DNA of 63,989 bases, counting the filler, from Octopus bimaculoides (taxonomy: Eukaryota), in NCBI RefSeq assembly GCF_001194135.2. It is 12 parts of 10 records of this genome, joined end to end, with 100 filler letters (N's around TTAATTAATTAA, not from the genome) between each part and the next. Parts side by side here need not be neighbours in the genome. Positions count along the whole stretch, not along the records: positions 1 to 10,921 come from NC_068996.1; positions 11,022 to 27,155 come from NC_068989.1; 10 more parts are not named here. One strand, written 5' to 3'. Numbering within the stretch: the first letter of the stretch is position 1; each line of letters opens with the position of its first letter. Below, one piece after another: positions 1-11,389 of this stretch. A program made the position numbers and the translations under genes. Under the pieces are notes generated by a model that saw only the letters and a list, made by a program, of their open reading frames with translations, searched no databases and was not told the DNA's origin.

Positions 1-37
<37 letters not shown>
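1..37 (+). repeat. (TAA)n microsatellite
   Basis: Perfect TAA run at the window start. Confidence 0.95.
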
Positions 38-38
<1 letters not shown>

Positions 39-399
39 TCAGTTTTCCGGAGTTTGTTAAATGAATATTTTTGATAAAATGAAAGTTCTTTAATACACCC
101 ATATAATTTTTTTTTTGTTTTTTTTTTAATTGAAGAAGTGATTTTGTTGGTATTGCTACTTGGAACGCCTTACAATAATAACTATGTGATCGCTGCTATT
201 TCTAGCACGCTAAACAAGATAATTTTTAACAAGCTTTCACTTATACGATTTTTTTCATTTCATGTTTATTTTCATTTAAGTTTTCAATGTTCTCTCTCAC
301 ACACAAACACACTCACACTGTCTCTCTAATATAAATACACACACACGCACACACACTCCAGGTTTGATTTAGTTATTACACAAATATCACATTTGAATT

Positions 400-1549
400 T
401 TGCAATTCAACATGGGGCGTCCCAAAAAGTATGCGACTGAAAAAGAAAATTTAGCAGCAAAGGCACAACGGCAGAGAGAAAGACAGGCAACTGAATCAGA
501 TGAAACCAGAGCAAAGCGACTGAAACAGATGTCTGAATATGCACGGAGATGTGGACATGATTCTGTTTCCGCTACATATGACCAACTGGTTAGGGTATCT
601 CGAGAGAAGAATATTCTACTTCAAAACAATGTGTCAGATCACAAATTGTTGATGCAACACTAAAGAGATCTTTTCTTTGCGATCATGTGGAAGTAGTGGA
701 GTTGACAATTGATCTAAGACTCTTTACAGAAGGTCATTCTGATGAAAGAGCGTTTGCTAATTACCTTCTTGATGTAAGAAATGGTAACATTTCTGTTGAA
801 CAAAGCCTAGGTGAATTCAGAATCAAACTACCCAATGACCCTTGCCTTGAAAGTGGTACTCTTTCAGATCTATGTGATTTTGTATATATGCTGACCTCAA
901 AAATAATAACCTCAAAAATAAACCCTATGTAGCTTGCAAATAGAACCATCGTTACTCCAACAAATGAAGCAGCACAATTTGTGAATGATTTTCTGTTGAT
1001 CAGAATCCCTGGTGAGCTAAAAATATACAGAAGTTCAGATGCAGTCGATAATGAAACTCTGTACCCAATCGAGTTCATCAACAAACTTACAACATCAGGG
1101 TTTCCACCACATTCTCAAACTGAAGAAAAAACGGTGCATAATGCTTCTGAGAAATTCAGATTCTACTAATGGACATTAGAGGCACACGCTACATCATTGT
1201 CAGTTTACATGATCATGTTATTGAGGCTGAGGTTACTTCTGGTCCTTATGCAGGATTAATTCTGCTAATCCCAAGAATACCACATGTATCTCAAGAAATG
1301 GAATTTCCATTCACATTTACACGCAAACTATTTCCTGTCAAGCCAGTTTTTGCCTCGACATGCAACAAAGCACAGAGACAGACTTTTGAAGAAATTGGAA
1401 CATATCTTCCGACACAATTCTCCTCACATGGTCATCTGTATGTTGCATTATCTAGAGTTCAAAAGAAGGCTAATGTAAAAATATTGGTTGTGAGAAATGG
1501 AATCAGTATGATTAATGGCAATTGTGTCTACAAGAAGAAACTACTTTAA
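400..1549 (+). mobile_element. Degenerate, internally deleted Helitron (RepHel N-terminus plus PIF1 helicase C-terminus)
   Basis: ORF fragments: GRPKKY...RQRERQATESDETRAKRL (helical N-terminus typical of RepHel), LTIDLRL...FANYLLDVRNG, YPIEFINKLTTSGFPPH, GTRYII...LIPRIP...FPVKPVFASTCNKAQRQT and HGHLYVALSRV (PIF1 motifs V-VI). Broken by frameshifts. Confidence 0.85.
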
Positions 1550-1774
1550 AGCAAAATGTTTTTTAGCAAGTTTCAGTAAATAGAATTAACACATAAATTA
1601 TATGTAAAGTAACATATATTTGTGAGGAATTAAATTGTTTTGGCATACTCCAACATTTGCCTGCTGAATGATATCGTTATATTAGATCATTTTAAATTGA
1701 GGTATATTTGAAAAAGTAAGGAAATACCATTCCCATGTGTTCTCATAGCACCAGACTTTTTTATGTGTGTGTCC

Positions 1775-1827
1775 ATCCATCCATCCGTCCGTCCGTCTGT
1801 CTATCTATCTGTCTGTCTATCTGTCTA

Positions 1828-1922
<95 letters not shown>

Positions 1923-1928
1923 ATCTAT
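1775..1928 (+). repeat. Compound (CCAT/CCGT/TCTG/TCTA)n microsatellite
   Basis: Visible tetranucleotide arrays. Confidence 0.95.
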
Positions 1929-2869
1929 GCACACCTATGTAAGTTCTACCAATTATTAATGATAAATATATATAACAGATTGACTCAGTTATATATCTAC
2001 ATATAAATTTCTGTGATGTCCGTTAGTTAGTTAGTTACACCCTCCATAATAGCCATATTATAGGATTGACTCTCTGGGAATTTTTTATAAATTCTTCTCT
2101 TAATATATATCGATAAAAAGGCACTTTCAAAGCGTCTGTTATTATTTACTATCACAAATTTAGATATTTGTTGCCAAGCTTTACGTTCACTGCAGAGTAG
2201 GTTTTAACATTTAATAAACAGCATTAATATGTTCTAGCAAATTTTTTCGTTTTCATTTGCAACACAGTCTCGCACTTTCTCTCTCGCCCGCCTCTAATTG
2301 TTTTCATTAATAATAATCTACTTAATATATCATCATTCCAATTCTTTTCCTTTCAAGTTTTATTTCGTTATTTCAGATGAGGAAATCAAGTATATTGTTG
2401 ACCTAAATTCGCTGTATAAATGCCCTCAGTTTATTGCTTATACATACTGAAAATAGATTATATTGGACAACTTATTAAAACTTACTGAAGCTTCGGACTC
2501 ATGTGACTTATTTCTTTTCCGTCATGTTGCTATGGCTATTTGCTACGCTATAAGTATTAAAATATCTTTATGTGATCGCTGCTATCTTTTGGCACATTAA
2601 ACGTAGTTGCACTACCTTGATGTTTGTTTAAAAAAGACAGTTTATGACTGTGATAAAATAATGAAAGCAATATTTACTAAGCAAGTGAGCACTATAACAC
2701 AAAAAAAAAAGACTTAAAATATCATAAAAATTATTAAAATTGGGAATCAAATGTGGAAATATTATCAAGTGTCTTGCAGAAAAAACGCCCGGAGGACGGT
2801 CATTCTGCTAGTAACAACAACAACAACAACAACAACAATAATAATAATAATAATAATGATAATAATAAA

Positions 2870-4383
2870 GATTTGGATATAGCAATGGACCCTAATAAAC
2901 TGGCTAACATATCAGAAATAGAAATAGAACACTTAAAAGGAAAAATACATCAAGAAAACGTAAATAGCAACCACACAGCAATGCCAAACAATATCACTGG
3001 GACTGTAAAATATGAAGACAGGTATACCTTGTCCAACAAAAACGAAGTAAACAATGAAAGACAATGAAAGATAAAACTCAGACCATAAGAATATATAATG
3101 ATGAGCAAAATGCACGAAACCAGAACACTGGAGACAAAAATATGAGCAGGAGGGAATATGAAATAAATCTAAAACCTGGAAACAGTGAAGGTGAAACTAA
3201 TGATTATGATACTCTAATAATGAAAATAATCAAAGAATTGAAAGCCACAGATCTCAGTATGGACCACCGATTAAAATTAAAATTGATAATAAAAATAACA
3301 TCAATAATAAATAGTGTGAGCCTGGCCATCACAGAACTAATAGCCACAGAAACAAATGTCAATTTGACCAGGCTAAATGATATAATATATGCAGCAGCCT
3401 CTGTAGCCACAAAAGAAGCTGGATACCCTCTCTAATCCATCCAAACAGGAATACCACCAACTAAGAAAACCCTGTGGATTAATAATATTCAGAAAAAATA
3501 GAAAATAAGAGAAAGGAACTGTCAGTCCTTAATGAAACGGCTGTAAAGATCAGCTATTGAACAATAAAACCATAACTGAAGACTTCCGTAGGAAAAAGAA
3601 GGGTCTAAGCATAGCTTGGATTGATTATCGAAAGGCTTTTGATAGTCTTCCCCACACATGGATCCTAGAAACACTAGCTGTGAACAAGGTAGCACCCATA
3701 ATCATAAAACATACAAAACATTCAATGAATAAGTGGCAAACAGTGCTATAGCTCTAGACAAAAGAGGAACTCATAAAAACTAAATCCATCCCAATTTCAA
3801 GGAGACACACTCTCTCCACTCTTTTTCTGCTTGGCACTGACACCTTTATTTGACATGCTAAATAGAATTGGATGTGGATACAATTGCTACGGCAAAACAA
3901 TCAACAATTTATTGTATACGTATGGTCTAAAACTGTATGCTGCAAATGACAAACAGTTAGAAACATTACTACAGACAGTACATGGATTTACCAAAGAAAT
4001 AAACATGAAATTTGGCTTAGAAAAATGTGCCAAAGCAACCTTGAAAAGAAGAAAACTAGTTAAGAGTAACATCACACTAGATAAAGCAAATGAATAAGAG
4101 AATTAGACCAAAGCCAGACATACAAATACTTAGGAATCAATGAACTAGATACGATACAACACTCACAAATGAAAGAGAAGATAAGAAAGGAACACTATAG
4201 ACGAGTTAGATCAATACTGAAAACATAGCTCAATGCTAAAAACAAGATAATAGGTATTAACACGTTAGCCGTGCCAGTTATAAGTTACAGCTAAATATCT
4301 TTAACTGGACATTAAATGAACGAACGAAAATAGACAGGAAAACAAGAAAAATAATGACAGGATCTAGGATGCACCATCCAAAA
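2870..4383 (+). mobile_element. Degenerate R4/Dong-like non-LTR retrotransposon (RT fragments, internal deletion near 3540)
   Basis: GCKDQL, SIAWIDYRKAFDSLPHTWIL, LKLYAANDKQLETLL...MKFGLEKCAK and IMTGSRMHHPK motifs typical of RLE-type R4/Dong RT. Preceded by (AAC)n(AAT)n at 2812-2870. Confidence 0.75.
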
Positions 4384-4991
4384 ATCTTGGGTAAGATATC
4401 TATTAGCTTAGCGGATAAACACTTTCCCTATACAGAAATGATTAGTAAAATTTTTAATAGATACATCTTAAGAATTTCCTCTAGCTGTACATCTAGTATA
4501 AAGAAAGTATTAATAGATAGGCCTACACAAGATAGAAGTAGGATGCTCGTGTGTAGGTAAGCCACATGTCCCCTTAACGGCAACAGTAACACGGAAACAA
4601 TCGTATATGAGACAGAGATAACATCAAAGGGCCCAAATGGACAGCTAAATATGCGAAAGTTTGAGGGAGCGACAGAAGGTTTATTCAGGACCAGATTCAA
4701 TAATCCTAACCCATCCTCCAATGTCTGAGAGAGAGGTGAAATGTCACTGCCCTGGATAGGAACGTATGATCGTGTCACGGTGTACAACATAAAGTGGAAA
4801 ATCAGAGAGAAATGCAAGGCTTATTTTAATAGCAGCAGAAAATGCAGATTATGTTCAGCCGAGAAAGAATCTTCGAAAATGCTCAGAACCTAGACAGGTA
4901 TCTAAACTGTGAGGCTTTTAGTCCTTGCACTCATGAAACAAGCTATGTATCATACCTATAGTCCTGATGATGGCGACTGTAATAATTAGTT
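4384..4991 (+). mobile_element. Penelope-like element 3' fragment (linker, GIY-YIG endonuclease, start of pLTR)
   Basis: LADKHFPYTEMISKIFNRYILRISSSC, CPLNGNSNTETIVYE, GATEGLFRTRFNN and KWKIREKCKAYFNSSRKCRLCSAEK match the Penelope C-terminal pattern. Followed by CTGATGA at 4964. Confidence 0.8.
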
Positions 4992-5670
4992 TTTCCAACT
5001 TCGTCCCTCACACCATCGTATCTAGAGAATCCCGCAAAAAGGTTTAAAACAAAACATATAGAAACAAACGCACAGATGTGCCCAAACTTATGCTTTAAGG
5101 CTCGAGTATCCGTCCATCCCCCTACCAAAAGAAACCGACGCATATAGACTTAAACATTCCAACGCTACACAAATACCACCTCTAACCCCTTGCACATATT
5201 TCAGAATTCTCTTGCGGCCTTGCAGCATCTCAGAGAATTTGGGACCAAAGAACTTAACTCTTGATAAAACCCTAGCTGTGTCCGCCCTACACAGTTTTGT
5301 TTCGTCTTTTTCACAACACCCTCGAACTAGATGTGACTTTATTAACCTCCAATAAGGGAGAGCAGTCACTAAATTGTTTTTCCATATCTGCTATTTCTGA
5401 AGAGCATGCGGTATTATTTAACTGCGTAGTTATCTAGCAGCCAGTGTGAAACCGATTGGTAAGATCGACCGTAATGGATCTATGATATTGTATGCTTTAA
5501 TATACCCATTCTATTGACAAATATACGAGTGCATATATTTTTTGACTTATGGATTCTAAGGTGACCCTCTCTTTCTCTCGACACAAGCACACACACATAT
5601 ACACACACGCACTTGCATTCACACGCACACACATGTATATACAAATGCATACGTACATATTATACGTACA

Positions 5671-5705
<35 letters not shown>

Positions 5706-5874
5706 TGACTTTTGCCTTCCAAATTCTTAACTATGCTTTGACCCCAGCTACAACATCGAGAAGAAGCATTTTCTTTTTTTAGCTAAAAAGGAAGTATAGT
5801 ATTGTTAAAGTTTATCCCAGTTCCCATAAGGACTAAATCCAGTACCATGAGGTAGTCTAACGCGGAGATGTTTG

Positions 5875-5916
<42 letters not shown>

Positions 5917-6057
5917 NNNNNNNNNNNNNNNNNNNNNNNNNNNNNNNNNNNNNNNNNNNNNNNNNNNNNNNNNNNNNNNNNNNNNNNNNNNNNNNNNNNN
6001 NNNNNNNNNNNNNNNNNNNNNNNNNNNNNNNNNNNNNNNNNNNNNNNNNNNNNNNNN

Positions 6058-6098
<41 letters not shown>

Positions 6099-6599
6099 CC
6101 GTTATCGACGGCGCCTGATTGCCAAAATATATCCATGCTTCCTGCAGTTATCTTCTTCCAACTTCATCCTATTGCTTACAAAATTTATTTGATTATTCGC
6201 TTGTTCTTTAATTTGGTTAGTACTCTCTATCGAGCCCTGCACCATAACTACGCCACTCAGTATCATTCTATCAACATCACCATCTGATTAACTTTCTCCC
6301 TCTCTGTCTTGCTTTCTCTTATCTATCTGTATTGCTACCTATCTGCTTTTCTTTCATTTTCCCTTATCTGCTTTCCATAATAGACTGATCCAACCCGTCT
6401 CCCTCACCTGTCCTACAATATTCCTTACCTTGAACTATATTTAGCAGATTTTACCAACCAATGCATGGCAGCTTGACTAATACATGTATACATACATATA
6501 CAAATTATACGCGCAAACACACACACATATATATACACACATAAACATAGCTACATAAACAACCCACCCCCATAATACATACCTACATAAACATACCCC

Positions 6600-6652
<53 letters not shown>

Positions 6653-9071
6653 CTGTATGTGTGTGCGCGTGCAATATAGGCAAATGTGTGTATGTCAAAG
6701 AGAGAGAGAGAGTTATATGCATGTATGTGTGTGAACTGACGTGAATTGCTCTAAATTTGGCTTGCAGTAACCAAAACATATTTAAACGCGCATGAAATAT
6801 GTACACACATCTCTACAAACATATATTGAATAATGATCGATAATTGTGAGGAACTACGCTATTCGTTAATCGCTTTATCTGTTACGCTCACTCATTTGTT
6901 TCTAAGACAAGTGGGTAGCTGACCAATCAACTGAACTGAGCAGTTAATCGATCAACTGAGTCTCTCACAGACATGTGCACCCTTAACTTAATGATCAGGC
7001 GTCAGACAGGGAGTGATGAGTGTGTAACAAAATATGCCTTTTAAATTACAGGTATGGTCAATGTTATATTGGAGTTGACACTAATCGTCGTGTTAGATTC
7101 TCGGTTGGTCTCGACAATTATAATTCAGTCATTTGAACAGAAGACTACATACTTGTAAGAACAAGCTCTAACAACAAAACATGAATCTACAAACATTTAT
7201 ATATGATTCTACATGAAACACTAATGGAGAAACGCATATCTAATTGAGTTTGTTTTAAGCTCTTGGACTCCTAGAACCAGTTACCCGGTCTCCATGGCGT
7301 ATAAGTGACTGAGATCACAACACTCTCCCTTAACGGATCTCAGGGTTTCTTTTAACTCTGAGTAGACTGAAGAAACATGAAATGGAATGTTTTGCTCAAG
7401 AACACAATGTGCAACCCGATACCATGATCATGATTGCGACTCCTCGACCAGTCACGATCCTTCACTAACGCCATAAAGAAATATAATAAATAACAGGTGC
7501 GTAGAAGTGTTATAATAGCATTTTTGTTTAGTTTTTAACTAGAGCTATTTTAGAATTCGGTATTTGTGTCTCGAAGTTTGCAGTTTCCACTGACAAAATG
7601 GAATACGATATTAGCAAATATATGGATCAGTTTCCATTTTGATTCACTTGAGAGCATTTTACAAAGCAGTGTGTCACAAAGCACTATATGCAAGTAGAGA
7701 CAAATAACATAAGTGGGACAAAATAAAGGACGAGGAGCGAAATACGTGCTGTAAAACAGTCAATGTTTAGTAAAACAAAACTTGTATGAAATACAACAAA
7801 AATGTTCATATAATAAAGGGCACTAGGAACTTTCTCTTAAGAAAATTTACGAATATTCGTTTTACTATTTGATTTTAAAACGTTACTTTCCTTCACAATA
7901 CTACCAACGTATTCAAACATTGTTTATTGTATGTTGCTTTCAGTTGAGTTGGGAACCCATCAGACAAAGTCAATTTATTTTGCCGCGAGGATGTCAGAAT
8001 TATGAAGATGTAAAATTTACTAAAATTATTATAAAAACAGACATTATGTGATTGCCAAAATTTCATTAATATGTATTTTTATCTAGTAACTGTTGCTTTG
8101 ATTTCAATATATACTTGTATTTCAATGAAACAGAGTATTACTTATTCTGGGAATAAAACAACGGGTCATGCATTAGCTGTGCGTAAAAAGCAGTTCTTGT
8201 GAGGGGGGGAAAAACACAGAGAAGAAGGTTTTTTTCTGCATCTCAAATCTCTTATAATATACATTCCTTGTGGACGAGGAAAAAGTTCCAGTTTTACATA
8301 TTTTGCTCAAAATCTACCGAGGTTGACTTTGCCTTTCATCCTTTTGGAGTCGATAAATCAAGTCCCCTCCCCGCAAATTTCAGGATATTTGGCAAAAAAA
8401 AAAAAAAAAATTACTGGATCTAATTTTTTTCTTGCTGTAGTATCATGAAGAAAATATTTACTTCTTACCATCTAAAGAGAATGATGACATTTTCGAAGAA
8501 ATGAACCAAGTTTTTAATTAATCAAGAAAAAGATTAACGCTAGTCAAGGAATAAAATTATTTCTCAGCGATATTTTCCTTCTTTCAACAAAAAAAAGAAA
8601 GAAAGAAAGAAAGAAAGANNNNNNNNNNNNNNNNNNNNNNNNNNNNNNNNNNNNNNNNNNNNNNNNNNNNNNNNNNNNNNNNNNNNNNNNNNNNNNNNNN
8701 NNNNNNNNNNNNNNNNNNNNNNNNNNNNNNNNNNNNNNNNNNNNNNNNNNNNNNNNNNNNNNNNNNNNNNNNNNNNNNNNNNNNNNNNNNNNNNNNNNNN
8801 NNNNNNNNNNNNNNNNNNNNNNNNNNNNNNNNNNNNNNNNNNNNNNNNNNNNNNNNNNNNNNNNNNNNNNNNNNNNNNNNNNNNNNNNNNNNNNNNNNNN
8901 NNNNNNNNNNNNNNNNNNNNNNNNNNNNNNNNNNNNNNNNNNNNNNNNNNNNNNNNNNNNNNNNNNNNNNNNNNNNNNNNNNNNNNNNNNNNNNNNNNNN
9001 NNNNNNNNNNNNNNNNNNNNNNNNNNNNNNNNNNNNNNNNNNNNNNNNNNNNNNNNNNNNNNNNNNNNNNN

Positions 9072-9194
9072 GATGTTTCTCCTTATCTTGTTTGCTGATA
9101 ACACAACGTTTCGGCTGTTATGCTGTCCGGCCTTCATCAGGTGTCTTGGGGAAATTTCGAACCTGTGTTCTCATTCCTAAGGTATTTTTCGATG
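9072..9194 (-). mobile_element. Short Penelope-pLTR-like repeat (left, inverted copy)
   Basis: Diverged reverse-complement copy of 9313-9435; contains a hammerhead core. Confidence 0.75.
9100..9145 (-). ncRNA. Minimal type I hammerhead ribozyme motif
   Basis: Minus strand reads GACAC-CTGATGA-A-GGCCG...CAGCC-GAAA-CGT-T-GTGTT. Stem I GACAC/GTGTT; palindromic ACGT stem III. Confidence 0.65.
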
Positions 9195-9207
9195 CTATTA
9201 ATATTAC

Positions 9208-9261
<54 letters not shown>

Positions 9262-9312
9262 AGTCACTGCCTGAAATCGAATTCGGAATCTTGGGGGTTA
9301 GTAGCCCGCGCT

Positions 9313-9490
9313 CATCGAAAAATACCTTAGAAATGAGAACCCAGGTTCGAATTTTCCCCAAGACATCTGATGAAGGCTGGAGGGTATATCAGTCGAAACG
9401 TTGTGTTAACAACAAACAAGATGAGGACAAATATCCGTCAAATGTAAATAATGTAAATAATATAAATAATGTACATAATTCCTCATCTCT
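9313..9490 (+). mobile_element. Short Penelope-pLTR-like repeat (right copy) with 9-bp TGTAAATAA tandem tail
   Basis: Homologous to 9072-9194 in inverted orientation; contains a hammerhead core; TGTAAATAA-like repeats at about 9443-9478. Confidence 0.75.
9362..9407 (+). ncRNA. Minimal type I hammerhead ribozyme motif
   Basis: GACAT-CTGATGA(9367-9373)-A-GGCTG/CAGTC stem II-GAAA(9395-9398)-ACGT palindrome-T-GTGTT. Confidence 0.65.
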
Positions 9491-10966
9491 TAAATATAGA
9501 ACTGTATTTTCGTATTGTTTTTCAGAGATTATTTTTCCTATCACAATATTTTAATGTTTTATTATAGGTTTTAGTATGTCGGTATATTAAGATTTATAAT
9601 AAAATTAAGATAATAAATCTTGTTTTGTTTTTTAGGCAAAGCATAAAAGAATGGAAATGAGATGGTGCAGTGTATTTTCTGAATTATTAACCATTTAATG
9701 CCAGATCAAATTTTCCAGAGCAGAACGAACATCGAAGAGGCTCCCTGTTATGACCAACCATCCGATTCAGAAACTACTGAAAGTTTTCTAAGCTTATAAA
9801 ATAGTCATTTATAATTTTTAGATAGATTTGGTTGCTCTTTCAACTAAGTCAGTTTATCCTTACAAAACTTCTAATTCTCTCGTTCGTTGTTCGTATATTT
9901 TGTTTTCTTGCAAGTGATAACAGATTTATTTAATCTAGTGAAGGATGAGATGACACATGCGAGGGGGATTTATACGAAGTTGCTTTTATTCTTTCAAGAA
10001 AACCGATGGTAGAACACAATGTTATTACGACATTGGCAGTTTTGGAATTGGTTGTCGTTAATATCTTTGATTTTTTTCCAGGGTAATGTTTATCCAATTT
10101 CGCTTTTGAAATCAGTAAACATCTAGTCTTTCAACGAATTGGTTTCGTACATGTGTGGCTTTCACTTTAGTATAACATTCTAAACCAGGTGAAAATACTT
10201 CGTAGAATTTATCATATAGATCACCAATTTTAATTTAAAACCCAAATTTAAATATAAGCAATATTTAAGAAGCCTTTCATTTAACTGGATTTTTTGTTTT
10301 AACAGGTGCTAATTACGAAGGCTCGATAATTTCCTATGTATTTATAAACTTCTAATGGTTCAGAAATATAAAGTACTTTTGCAATACTTCGCGTTTGAAA
10401 GTTTTCTTTTTATTTTGCGCACACATTTCTAGTTTACTTTTATTTATGTGTAATTAAAAAAAACCCTATAATATTATTTATATTAAGTGATTATATAATG
10501 TATGTCGAAGAAAAGAATAGATCCAAGACAAGTAAATATATGGTACCATTTAGGCGAACGCTTCCTTTTAAAGTTTTAAGTAATTTACGTTAAGTTATTT
10601 TTCATAAGACGAAGAAGCACATAAAATAATCAAGAAAATCATACGGTTCTACATATTGTCCAAGTTCTTTTTATATTTTTCCATTATTGTTTTGTGCTAT
10701 GTCGTTTACTTGTAGGCTCATGTTGAAAGATTTCCAGATGTGACTGTAGATGTATATATATACACACATATATATACATGCATATATACATATATATACA
10801 TATATATACTTACATATATATACATATATACATACATATATATACATATATATATACATATATAAATACATGTACATATATATATATATACATACATATA
10901 TATATATATACATGTATGTATNNNNNNNNNNNNNNNNNNNNNNNNNNNNNNNNNNNNNNNNNNNNT

Positions 10967-10978
10967 TAATTAATTAAN
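10967..10978. other. Artificial scaffold linker TTAATTAATTAA inside N runs (recurs about 11 times)
   Basis: Identical 12-mer flanked by Ns at about 10967, 27200, 32014, 40337, 46002, 49832, 53689, 55737, 58140, 60737 and 62887; it gives stop codons in all frames. Confidence 0.95.
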
Positions 10979-11389
10979 NNNNNNNNNNNNNNNNNNNNNN
11001 NNNNNNNNNNNNNNNNNNNNNATTTATATATATATATATATATACACATACATATATGTACACACACGCGCGCGCACACACACGCATATATATATATATA
11101 TATGGATGGATGTATATGCTATACCATTATTTCTCAGTTACAGGACTACAGTACTCTGATATCAGCTGGATGCTAATCGAAGTGAATATCAAATCGTATA
11201 ATGAATTTCTACCTTCAGACGCACGCAATATATTTCCCACACAAGTCTTCCATCAGCCGAATATTTTCGGAAAATAGAGTTAAGCTGTTTACGAATTTCT
11301 GTGTATATATATGTGTGTATGGAGACGATGATTGTGGATTTGTAAATCAAAGTGTATGTCTTACGCATATGAAAGTTATTAGGACAAAA

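Noticed and set aside
10967-10978. Recurring TTAATTAATTAA motif
   Set aside because: Always embedded in N runs; an assembly linker, not biology.
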